DNA of 64,000 nucleotides from Candidatus Iainarchaeum sp. Its GTDB lineage: Archaea > Iainarchaeota > Iainarchaeia > Iainarchaeales > JAZDEL01. The DNA is taken from assembly GCA_043808785.1 (NCBI GenBank), contig JAZDEL010000002.1, positions 65,735-129,734 on the forward strand, written 5' to 3'. Position numbers and translations under genes: made by a program. Below are positions 8,933-17,231 of this stretch, piece by piece (the stretch's first letter is position 1; the number at the start of each line of letters is the position of its first letter). A model generated the notes under the pieces. The model ran no database searches and was not told the DNA's origin. It worked only from the letters and a program-made list of their open reading frames with translations.

Positions 8933-9409
8933 TTGTGGTGCATGCGCATGGACAGAAACCGTTACGCAAAGGTGCTTTTCCTCTTCGCCCTTACATACGT
9001 GATTATCTACGTGCTTTCCGTCCTCACGCCCATGCGCGACTGGGGGCCTGTTAAAAGCATCTTCCAGTTCGATTACATGTTCTACCTTCTGCCAGTTGTG
9101 GGGTTTGGGTTCCTCTATATGCTCCCCCCCTGGTTCAACGGCTATTTCGGGACAAAGTTTGCAAGTTCCCCGTTTTTCCCGCTCGCGTATGCGGCAATCG
9201 CGGTTGCGGCATATTACGTTTCCATGTCATGGTACATGGGCAACATTGCCCAGCTTTCGGGCGTTGCCAGCATACCTTTCGACATAGTTAAGGAACTGCT
9301 CAATTCCGCGTACCTTGTGTTCGTGCTTGCAGGCCTCGGCGGCTGGGTTAGCAGGGTTGTTATCGAGCGCATGGAGCCCGCTGGCAAAAGCGAAACAACC
9401 GCTGCCTAA
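8933..9409 (+). CDS. Hypothetical multi-pass membrane protein
   Basis: 158-aa ORF with several hydrophobic helices and aromatic-rich loops. No recognisable family. Confidence 0.4.
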   Translation: MWCMRMDRNRYAKVLFLFALTYVIIYVLSVLTPMRDWGPVKSIFQFDYMFYLLPVVGFGFLYMLPPWFNGYFGTKFASSPFFPLAYAAIAVAAYYVSMSWYMGNIAQLSGVASIPFDIVKELLNSAYLVFVLAGLGGWVSRVVIERMEPAGKSETTAA

Positions 9410-9481
9410 GCCTGCGTGCAGGGCTGCGGCGCGCGCAGTTTAACCGCGCCTGTTTAATTCGTTTTCCCCCAAACCTTTTCT

Positions 9482-10795
9482 ATGCCGAAATTTTACCTGG
9501 AGGGCTACGGCTGCTCCCTTAACCGCGCGGACACGGAGGCAATAAGCGGCTTCCTGCGCGCGCACGGTTTCAGCCGCTGCAAAAAACCCGCTTCCGCGGA
9601 TTTCATAATAATGAACACCTGCGCGGTTAAGGAGCCCACTGAATACAGGATGCTGAACAGGATAGGCAAGCTATGGGCCCTTCGCCCATCGGGCGCCAGC
9701 CTCATCGTCTTCGGCTGCCTCCCTAAAATAAGCCCGAAGAAGGTTTCTGAAATTTCCAGTGAAATAGTGCTGCTCGGCACCGACCTTGGGAAATTGGCGG
9801 AATTCATGTGCCTCCCTCCCGAGCATTTCTCCCCCGCTGTCCCGCAGGAGCGCGATAACAAATTTATTTCAATTCTCCCCATCTCCCGCGGCTGCCTCGG
9901 CTCCTGTACTTATTGCGCCACAAAAAACGCCCGCGGAAAACTGCGCAGTTATTCCCCCGAGGAATTGAACGCCGCGTTCCGTGCCGCCCTCTCATCGGGC
10001 GCGAAAGAAATCTGGCTGACTGCGCAGGACACGGGCTGTTACGGCGCCGACCTGCGGTGCGCCGGGGGCAAACCGCGCAGGCACGGCGCAGCCGACCGAA
10101 GCGCAAGCCTGCCCGAACTCCTCGAACTGCTCCTCTCGAATGAGGGCGATTACAGGGTGAGGATAGGCATGATGAACCCCAATCACCTGAAGGCTTTTTT
10201 CGGGCGCTATGTGAAGCTCCTGAAAAACAAAAAAATGTACCGCTTCATCCACATCCCGCTCCAGTCGGGTTCGGAGCGCATCCTCAGGCTGATGAAGCGC
10301 CCCTACACCGCACGCGCATTCCTCGCGCTTGCAAAGCGCCTGCGCCGCGAACTGCCCGATGTTACAATTTCAACGGACATAATTGTGGGCTTCCCCACGG
10401 AAACCGATTCGGATTTCCGCAAAACTGTTTCCCTTCTGAAAAAATTCACGCCAGACATAGTGAACATTTCCCGCTTCGGCGCAAGGCCGGACACCGAGGC
10501 AGCGGAAATGAAAGGGCAGTTGCGGGGGAGCGCGAAAAAGGCGCGCAGCCGCGAATTGAGCGCCCTGTGCAGGGAATTTTCCCTCGCGCGCAACCGCAGG
10601 ATGCTCGGCAAAACCTGCGCAGTTTTGGTTTGCGAAAAAGGCAGCAAGGGCGGGCTGATAGGGCGAACTGAGAACTACAAGCCAGCCCTGCTTAATGGCA
10701 ATTTCCTCGGCAAATACGTAAAAATGCGCATAACCGCCGCTTACGGCACCTATCTTGAGGCTGTTCCAATCGCGCCAAAAGCCCGCAAAAAATGA
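9482..10795 (+). CDS. tRNA methylthiotransferase of the MiaB/MtaB (CDKAL1-like) radical SAM family
   Basis: UPF0004 N-terminal domain (YGCSLNRADTE...MNTCAVK), a radical SAM CxxxCxxC motif (CLGSCTYCA) and a C-terminal TRAM-like region. Confidence 0.8.
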   Translation: MPKFYLEGYGCSLNRADTEAISGFLRAHGFSRCKKPASADFIIMNTCAVKEPTEYRMLNRIGKLWALRPSGASLIVFGCLPKISPKKVSEISSEIVLLGTDLGKLAEFMCLPPEHFSPAVPQERDNKFISILPISRGCLGSCTYCATKNARGKLRSYSPEELNAAFRAALSSGAKEIWLTAQDTGCYGADLRCAGGKPRRHGAADRSASLPELLELLLSNEGDYRVRIGMMNPNHLKAFFGRYVKLLKNKKMYRFIHIPLQSGSERILRLMKRPYTARAFLALAKRLRRELPDVTISTDIIVGFPTETDSDFRKTVSLLKKFTPDIVNISRFGARPDTEAAEMKGQLRGSAKKARSRELSALCREFSLARNRRMLGKTCAVLVCEKGSKGGLIGRTENYKPALLNGNFLGKYVKMRITAAYGTYLEAVPIAPKARKK

Positions 10796-10831
10796 ACCTT
10801 TTTAATAACTTTTGTAGGCTAATCCTTAAGG

Positions 10832-11617
10832 GTGGTTGGGGTGTACCTTACAGACTCGCTTAAGCTCTACCTTGAGAACTTTCCAACGGCACTTGCCTTC
10901 GCGCTCCTGCTCGTTTTCGTCGCAATCTTCGGCCAGGTGCACGGCTTTTTCATAACCTCGGGCAGCATCTTCCTCGGCTACGGGCTTGTGAAACTGAACA
11001 CAATCGACGCGGCAATTTTGCTCGGCTCAATGCTCCTTTTCATGTTCTTCCTCTCTGTTTTCATTTCCCTGATGATTTTCGCCGTGAGGCGCGAACTCAG
11101 CAAGGTCCGCCTGCAGTACTACCTTTCGGAGCGCATAAACAAGTTCGCGTTCAAGCTGTTCTTTTTCCTCTCGGCCTTTACCCTTGTGCTTGCGTTCATA
11201 AACGCGCTGCTGATACAGTTCGGCATTTCCGCGCTCCCCGTAAATATAGTGATGCTCGTGCTTGCCGTAGCGTTCCTCTTCGTGCCGCAGGCCATTGTTA
11301 TAGATGAGGAAAGCCTGGGCAGTTCAGTTACCTGGAACTTCGAGTACATGCTCTCGCACCTTGGCGCGGTTTTCCACGTGCTTGCAACGGGCTTCATACT
11401 CCTGCTTGCAATGCCGCTTATCGAGTACGCAATAGACATGCTCACGCTTTCCCTGAATATCGTGCCCCTGACGGGAAATTTCGTTTCCCTTTTCCTCACG
11501 CTTGTTTTCGTCGTGCCTTACCTCGAAGTGCTGAAAACCGAGTTCTACATGCACAAGTTCGAGCTTGTGAAGCACGCACACAAAACAATAGACAGGCGCA
11601 GGACCGAAAGATGGTAA
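10832..11617 (+). CDS. Hypothetical polytopic membrane protein
   Basis: 261 aa with a GTG start and 6-7 predicted TM helices. No catalytic motifs seen; not a prepilin peptidase (no GGD/K motif). Confidence 0.4.
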   Translation: MVGVYLTDSLKLYLENFPTALAFALLLVFVAIFGQVHGFFITSGSIFLGYGLVKLNTIDAAILLGSMLLFMFFLSVFISLMIFAVRRELSKVRLQYYLSERINKFAFKLFFFLSAFTLVLAFINALLIQFGISALPVNIVMLVLAVAFLFVPQAIVIDEESLGSSVTWNFEYMLSHLGAVFHVLATGFILLLAMPLIEYAIDMLTLSLNIVPLTGNFVSLFLTLVFVVPYLEVLKTEFYMHKFELVKHAHKTIDRRRTERW

Positions 11618-11695
11618 ATTCGGCAGCGGATTTTCCCGGCCAAGCGCCATTCGGGATGCGCACAAACCCGCAGTGAGCAACGCCTTATTGGCTCC

Positions 11696-12718
11696 TCACG
11701 GGCGTTTGGTCTTCCCCGTGTTCACAATAAGCATTTTCTTCCCTTTTGGAAGTACGTGCTTCATCTGCAGCATGAGCGCAAGCCCCGCAATCCCCGAGGG
11801 CTCGCAGCCGATGCCCTGCCTCTCCGCGATTTTCACCGCGCTTTCAAGGAAGTGCTCCTTTATCGGGTGCACGTTGGATTCAGGGCCGCAGAAGCCCGCA
11901 TGCCTGTACAGCCGTATCCACTGCTCGCCGTAATGCACGAAAGGCAGGTGCGGGGAATAAAGCTTGTCCGCCTTTGATGCGGGATTGTTCGTAGTAGCGC
12001 CGAGGAAGTTGCATTTCCTCAGCAATTCAACCCTGCCCCTGAACCTTGGGTCGTGGTGCTGCGTGGAAACCTCCCGCTTATTTATGTTCAGGATGTTTTC
12101 GTAAAGGTTGCCCGTGCCGAACGGAATGAAGCAGTAATCGGGCGAACTGTTCAGTATCTCGTAACTCATCCAGTCGTAGAACCGCGTTGTCGGGTCCAGT
12201 GCATCGCTTGAGGTTATGTCGAATCCCTGCGGGTTGTGTGTGAGCGCGAGTATCTGCTCCCACCTGAACGGCTTTTTCCCGAGGTCGGTTTCATAAACCT
12301 CGCAGCCGATTTTTTTCAGCGCCCTGCACGTTCTTCTGTCTGTCCTGAAATCCGCAAGAACCTTAAGGTTGGGCAGCCCATATTTCCTGAGCTGCGCCTG
12401 TATTGCAATCGCAGCGGAACCGGATGAGATTATGGACATCCGCGGCACCACGCCCTTTACCTGCCCCCTTTTTTTCGCAAGCAGGAAATCCCTGTATGTG
12501 ACAACAATCTCCCACGCCATCCTGTCCTTGTGCGTGCCTGTCGGGTTCTTGCTCTCGTCCTTGAGCCACACGTCAGTGAACCCCGAAACCTCTATCTTAT
12601 ATGTCGGGGTTGCGGGAAATTTCGGGCTGTCGGGAGGAAATTCCGGCCTGTGCGGGTCGTTCTCGGAAGCAACGACAATGCTCTTCAGGATTTTCTCCTC
12701 TTTCTTGGACAGCGGCAT
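11696..12718 (-). CDS. PLP-dependent enzyme, fold type II (threonine synthase / cysteine synthase-like)
   Basis: Lysine-PLP motif KDESKNPTGTHKDRMAWEIV and a glycine-rich PLP-phosphate loop. The likely start is MPLSKKEEK; the ORF-track extension upstream is probably read-through into the promoter. Confidence 0.5.
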   Translation of the reverse strand: MPLSKKEEKILKSIVVASENDPHRPEFPPDSPKFPATPTYKIEVSGFTDVWLKDESKNPTGTHKDRMAWEIVVTYRDFLLAKKRGQVKGVVPRMSIISSGSAAIAIQAQLRKYGLPNLKVLADFRTDRRTCRALKKIGCEVYETDLGKKPFRWEQILALTHNPQGFDITSSDALDPTTRFYDWMSYEILNSSPDYCFIPFGTGNLYENILNINKREVSTQHHDPRFRGRVELLRKCNFLGATTNNPASKADKLYSPHLPFVHYGEQWIRLYRHAGFCGPESNVHPIKEHFLESAVKIAERQGIGCEPSGIAGLALMLQMKHVLPKGKKMLIVNTGKTKRP

Positions 12719-12808
12719 GATTATCCCTTTTGTGTTGTTGTAAATATAATGGTTATGTTGCGCGCTGGCTGCGAACCAATTGAGCCATAAAGGACTAAAT
12801 ATCAATAA

Positions 12809-12847
12809 AATATGTATATTTTGTCCTTTATAGGTAGGTTTTTAACC
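12809..12847. promoter_or_regulatory. 8-bp inverted repeat AAAGGAC-N28-GTCCTTT spanning the AT-rich promoter region between the fic-domain gene and the divergent PLP-enzyme gene
   Basis: ataAAGGACtaaatatcaataaaatatgtatattttGTCCTTTatagg, immediately upstream of the fic ORF start. Confidence 0.4.
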
Positions 12848-12849
12848 AT

Positions 12850-14094
12850 TTGGGCGCCAATCGTATTATGGCCTCCAAACTCGATGTTTTTCTGGCAGTG
12901 TGCCTTTACCCCGGGCTTTCCGCCGCGGGGATAGTAAAAAAAATAGGCAAGCCCCATGCCTCCTACAATTCGGCATATCGCCTTCTCCGCGAACTGAAAG
13001 CCGAAGGGCTGGCTTCCGAGGAAAATGGCCTCTTCAGCGCTTCAAAAACAAAAAATGCCCGCACCCTCGCAAGCCTCGTCTACTTCTGCTTCAAGAACGG
13101 AATAGATTACAACAAGGCTGTTTCGAAAAAAACAGCAGAGTTCGTGAAGGTTGGGCTGGAGAAAGGCAAAATAAGCGGCATGCCTTTCGATGCGAAAACC
13201 GTCAGGAGGATTATGGGCCAGCTTTCAAGGGGCGGCTTCGCAATAGTGGAATCAAGGAAGCCGTTTTCATGCAGGATAGTGCCCTCGCACTTCACGCGCC
13301 TGCTTGCCGAATATTTTTTCGGCAAAATAAAAGTAAGGTGCCCCTCGCTGCCGGACTGCCTTGATGAGGCGCTTGTGGATTCGGCGCTCGAAAAGCAGTT
13401 TTCCGCATACAAGCGCCTCGAGAAGGAAAAATTCGCGTTCGACGAAACAGGGTTCATTTACGTAAGCCTCTCCCTCGAGGGAAACACCCTGACCCTTTCC
13501 GAAACCGAGAAAATAATAAGGCAGAACATCGCCCCCGCATCAAAGCCTTTCAGGGATGCGCAGCAGGTGCTCGATTACAAGAAAGCGCTCGACGGGTTTG
13601 TTTTTTCCGCGGATGCAATCACGCGCGAATCCGTACTTGAATTCCACAAGGTTGCGATGGGCTCCCTTGCCGCGGGTGCGGGCAAATTCAGGGCCGGGAA
13701 TGTCAGGATAAAAGGCAACCCGGAATTCAAAACCCCCGATTGGAGGGAACTCCCCGCGCGGCTCGGCGATTTTTTCAGCGGCGCAAATGCCCCGCAGGGG
13801 AAAAAGGCTTCGGCTGCGGCAATCGTGGCGCGCGCGGCATTTTTGCACAACGAATTCCAGCGCATACACCCTTTCATAGACGGGAACAGCAGGACTGCAA
13901 GGGCAATCTTCCTCAAGGCGCTGGCAATGAACGGCTTCCCGCCAATAAAACTGCAGGTCGGCTTTTCAGACCAATATATGGCTCTCACAAAACTCAGCAA
14001 GGAGAGGGACGACAAAAAATTCGCCCTCCTGATGAAGCAGATTGCTCTGGAAAACCTGAAGCATCTCGCGAGGAAGATGGAATACGGGTTCTAA
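12850..14094 (+). CDS. Fic/DOC-family protein (probable AMPylator) with an N-terminal winged-helix domain
   Basis: Canonical Fic motif HPFIDGNSRTAR (HxFx[DE]GNxRxxR). N-terminal wHTH-like region. 414 aa. Confidence 0.8.
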   Translation: MGANRIMASKLDVFLAVCLYPGLSAAGIVKKIGKPHASYNSAYRLLRELKAEGLASEENGLFSASKTKNARTLASLVYFCFKNGIDYNKAVSKKTAEFVKVGLEKGKISGMPFDAKTVRRIMGQLSRGGFAIVESRKPFSCRIVPSHFTRLLAEYFFGKIKVRCPSLPDCLDEALVDSALEKQFSAYKRLEKEKFAFDETGFIYVSLSLEGNTLTLSETEKIIRQNIAPASKPFRDAQQVLDYKKALDGFVFSADAITRESVLEFHKVAMGSLAAGAGKFRAGNVRIKGNPEFKTPDWRELPARLGDFFSGANAPQGKKASAAAIVARAAFLHNEFQRIHPFIDGNSRTARAIFLKALAMNGFPPIKLQVGFSDQYMALTKLSKERDDKKFALLMKQIALENLKHLARKMEYGF

Positions 14095-14128
14095 GCGGCA
14101 GTTTTTTTGGCGGGGCACTTATCCAATC

Positions 14129-15865
14129 TCACGCCCCGCTCACAACCATCCCCACTCCCTTTTCAAGCAGTTCCCCTGCGGTGCGCATGTTTTGCGCGCC
14201 AAGGGTGAAATTGTAGCGCTCCCTGATAATTTTGCTCCCGAGGAACTTTTCCCTTTCTTCCGCGCCCAAAGCATGGAACTCGTATCCGTGCTTCCTCTTA
14301 TTCTGCGCATTGAACCTTATTATCCCGCGGTCGTTGCAGAATTCGCATATTTCCCATTCGGGAAGCGCATCCGCGATTTCCTGCAGGGCTTTTTCGGCAA
14401 GCCTCGCGCTTTTGCCCTTTGCAAGCATCTCGCACGACTCAAAAAACCCAAACAAACCGAGTACGGGTTTAAGTTCTTCATGGTTAATTCCCGCCTTTTT
14501 CAGTGCCGAGTTTCCCTGCAGGATTTTCCCCTTCAGTTCCCCCAGCTCGTGCAGAACCTTGAGCCTTTCCCCGAGCGAGGAGAGGAAGCGCTGCCCGTCC
14601 TTTGCCTCGAGCGCAAGTTTCGGCATGTTAATGCCTGCAAGCATGCTTATCCCGCGCCCGGAGCGCAAAAACAAACCCCCATTAAGCGCGGCTGGTTTTG
14701 TTTCCCCGTAGTTAAGGAAGGAAATGTTCCGCTCCCCAAGCACCTTGCGCTCAAGCAGGCCGAGCTTGTATTTTGTGTCAAGCAGAATGCAGAAGCGCAG
14801 GGCAGCGGCGGATTCGCGCACAAGCGAATTCGCGAATTCAATCGCGCTTTCGGAATGCGCCCCGTACTTCTCAAGTTCGCCCTCCAAATAAAGGGTTGCG
14901 CTGTGCGCAGGCAGTTCGCACGCGGGCAGTTCCTTGCACTGCACACATTTCATCTGCAGGAAGAACAGCCGAGCGATTTCCGCAAATCTCTTTCTCTGCA
15001 TTTTTTCAAGGAGAGGGGAAAGGGAGGCGTTCACCGAATCCGCGCAGACAGGGAGGGTAATAAGGCGGTTCAGCCATGCAATTTCCGCAGCAAGCAGGGC
15101 GAGTGCCTCCTCAGCGCTCCCGCACTCTGCGGGCGGGGCAAAGAACTTCGCATATGCGTAAGGCTTCGAGGCAAAATCGTGCACGGCGCAAATGTGCATG
15201 TCTCCTGAAAAATGCAGTTCCCTCGCGGGGGAGGGGATTACTTTCGCCCATGCGTATTCCCGCATTGCTTCGCGCCCGAATTTTTCCGCGGCATCATGTG
15301 CACTGCCTGCCGCGGAATTTTCCGCGCCCTGCGAAACCGCAGCCGCAATATCGTGCACCGGCACACCTAACCTCGCATAATTGCAGTACGCATCTTCATA
15401 ACCGAGCGCGAGCAGTTTTGCATTAACCAGATTGCGTATGAGCGCGGTATTCAGGTATTTTATCTTCATCTCCTTGAGCTCGTCCTCCACCTCGTTGCTT
15501 ATCCTCTCCGCCAAGCTCCTGCTCAGCGCGGTTTCCTTGAGCAGCGATTTCGTTATGTTTCCGCGGTCGAAACCCTCCAAGGTTTCCGCGCTGGTGTGCA
15601 CGCGCATCTCCCCGAACCTTGCGAACTCCCTTGCAGCTTCAGGGTTTGACTTGCGCAGCTCCTCGAGTGCAAGGGAGCGCATTTCCGCGATTGAAAGCGC
15701 CCCCGTCCCCGCAGCCTCGCGCCCGCCGGAAACTTGAGTGCCCTCTGCAGATGACAGCACCTTGACAACGCGCATCACTTCCCATTTTGTTGCGCCCGCC
15801 TTTGTGCACTCCGCGGCAACCTTTTCAACGGACGATTTCAGGGGCTTCTGGCTTTCGGAAGGCAT
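14129..15865 (-). CDS. ATP-cone domain protein fused to a class III (anaerobic, NrdD-like) ribonucleotide reductase-like domain. The C-terminal glycyl-radical motif appears degenerate.
   Basis: ATP-cone near the N-terminus (EMRVHTSAETLEGFDRGNITKSLLKE...YEDAYCNYARLG). The segment GINMPKLALEAKDG resembles the NrdD LNLPRIALEAKGD region. The C-terminus has only one CxxC (CEFC) and RTAGE instead of RxxGY. Confidence 0.4.
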   Translation of the reverse strand: MPSESQKPLKSSVEKVAAECTKAGATKWEVMRVVKVLSSAEGTQVSGGREAAGTGALSIAEMRSLALEELRKSNPEAAREFARFGEMRVHTSAETLEGFDRGNITKSLLKETALSRSLAERISNEVEDELKEMKIKYLNTALIRNLVNAKLLALGYEDAYCNYARLGVPVHDIAAAVSQGAENSAAGSAHDAAEKFGREAMREYAWAKVIPSPARELHFSGDMHICAVHDFASKPYAYAKFFAPPAECGSAEEALALLAAEIAWLNRLITLPVCADSVNASLSPLLEKMQRKRFAEIARLFFLQMKCVQCKELPACELPAHSATLYLEGELEKYGAHSESAIEFANSLVRESAAALRFCILLDTKYKLGLLERKVLGERNISFLNYGETKPAALNGGLFLRSGRGISMLAGINMPKLALEAKDGQRFLSSLGERLKVLHELGELKGKILQGNSALKKAGINHEELKPVLGLFGFFESCEMLAKGKSARLAEKALQEIADALPEWEICEFCNDRGIIRFNAQNKRKHGYEFHALGAEEREKFLGSKIIRERYNFTLGAQNMRTAGELLEKGVGMVVSGA

Positions 15866-15925
15866 AATTAAACTTCCCCCCGAAAAACGTTAATAAGGTT
15901 CGTGGACGGTTTAAAAACCGAAAAA

Positions 15926-15992
15926 CCCCATTTGGCTGCCCGATTTTGCCTTGCGGCAAAATGGGCGCAATTGGGCTCAAGCCGAATAGCGC
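15926..15992 (+). repeat. Dispersed double-hairpin repeat copy (plus orientation), ending ~17 bp before the lrp TATA box
   Basis: ccccatttggctgcccgattttgccttgcggcAAAATGGGCGCAATTGGGCtcaaGCCGAATAGCGCC. Confidence 0.7.
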
Positions 15993-16008
15993 CGCTTTAG
16001 AAAAGCGA

Positions 16009-16018
16009 ACTTTTTATA
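16009..16018 (+). promoter_or_regulatory. TATA-box-like element (tttttatata) ~26-35 bp upstream of the lrp-like start; leaderless-type promoter
   Basis: AT-rich box at the expected distance from the ATG at 16044 and immediately downstream of a copy of the dispersed double-hairpin repeat. Confidence 0.5.
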
Positions 16019-16043
16019 TATGGTTTGTTAAATATATGAAGAT

Positions 16044-16520
16044 ATGGCGGATGTAACCCTTGATAAAATCGACCATAAGATAATCCGCGTTTTGCTTGAA
16101 GATGGCAGGGCGCCTTTCAGCCAGATTGCGAAGGAAGTAGCGCTAACGGACGTGGCGATAAAAAAGCGCCTCGACAGGCTGAAGCGCAAGGGCGTCGTGA
16201 ATTCAATCACCGCGGACCTGAACCTCAAGGTGCTCGGGTATGAAAACCCGATATATGTGCAGATACGCTCCGAAATCGGGAAGAACAAGGACCTTGTAAA
16301 GCGCCTGCACGAGATGGATTTTGTTGTTGAATTGAACCAGGTGCTCGGGGAGTACAACCTTTTCGCGAAACTGGTTGTGCCCGATTTGGAAAGCGCGGAA
16401 AAGTTCATTGAAAAGCTCGGCGTCCTTGATGGCGTGCTGGACATAAAAACCTCCATGGTTTTGCGCGAACTGAAGAAGTCTAACGCGCTTCCCACGCACT
16501 CGCTGCAGAAGACGCTCTGA
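16044..16520 (+). CDS. lrp: Lrp/AsnC-family transcriptional regulator
   Basis: N-terminal HTH (IDHKIIRVLLEDGRAPFSQIAKEVALTDVAIKKRLDRLKRKGVV) plus a C-terminal RAM domain. 158 aa. Confidence 0.85.
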   Translation: MADVTLDKIDHKIIRVLLEDGRAPFSQIAKEVALTDVAIKKRLDRLKRKGVVNSITADLNLKVLGYENPIYVQIRSEIGKNKDLVKRLHEMDFVVELNQVLGEYNLFAKLVVPDLESAEKFIEKLGVLDGVLDIKTSMVLRELKKSNALPTHSLQKTL

Positions 16521-16568
16521 ATACGCTTGGGCTTGGTGCGGAGGCAAAGCCTGATTTTGCGTGTAGGT

Positions 16569-17126
16569 TTAACGTTTTCTGATAATTTTAGGGGCTATTT
16601 TTCTGATTAGATTTCGGCGATTTTGCTCATATTGCTTGAGTTTGTTTGCGTAACCCTCCCAAGGGTTTGCAGTTGGGTGGAAGCCACTCCACATAAGCGG
16701 CAAATATGAACCGCGCACGAAAACGTTTCCCTCCCCGAGTATTTCCTTAATTTTCATGTATGCGGGCTCGTTTATTCTCTTGTAGCACCCCTCTGCCGCA
16801 CCGCCAAAAGACATAACCTTCACTTTTTCGCCTTTGCCCAGTTTTTTCTTTAGCAGGGAAATTTTCTCGGAAAACGCCTTGTCGTAACCGCCAAAGTCAG
16901 TAAATTCATTGTCAACTGGCCCCAGCGCAATTAGCCTCTTGAACCCGGCCAATTCTTTCGCAAGGGGCCCGAATAAACGCTTCATCAGGGAACCTTTTTT
17001 TGACGGGGCGTATACAGAAAAATAAATTACATACAGTTTCTCCTTCCCCCTACACTGCAATTTTAAAAATTTCTGCATCTCGCCAGCACTGGCATAATCC
17101 GGGTGTATTGCCAATATTAGCTTCAT
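16569..17126 (-). CDS. Hypothetical protein
   Basis: 185-aa ORF, compositionally typical, not recognised. Confidence 0.35.
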   Translation of the reverse strand: MKLILAIHPDYASAGEMQKFLKLQCRGKEKLYVIYFSVYAPSKKGSLMKRLFGPLAKELAGFKRLIALGPVDNEFTDFGGYDKAFSEKISLLKKKLGKGEKVKVMSFGGAAEGCYKRINEPAYMKIKEILGEGNVFVRGSYLPLMWSGFHPTANPWEGYANKLKQYEQNRRNLIRKIAPKIIRKR

Positions 17127-17231
17127 AAAGCAATCAGTAATGCGAACTTTATTTTAATGTAATTTGTTTATTGCGCCAAATTGAGGCAAACCATAGGTTA
17201 TTTATTTGTTCAACGCCCTGATGTTGTTCTT

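Noticed and set aside
14192-15208. 338-aa plus-strand ORF and several others antisense to the NrdD-like gene
   Set aside because: The opposite-strand NrdD-like ORF has recognisable domains. This one is Arg/Pro-rich with no motifs.
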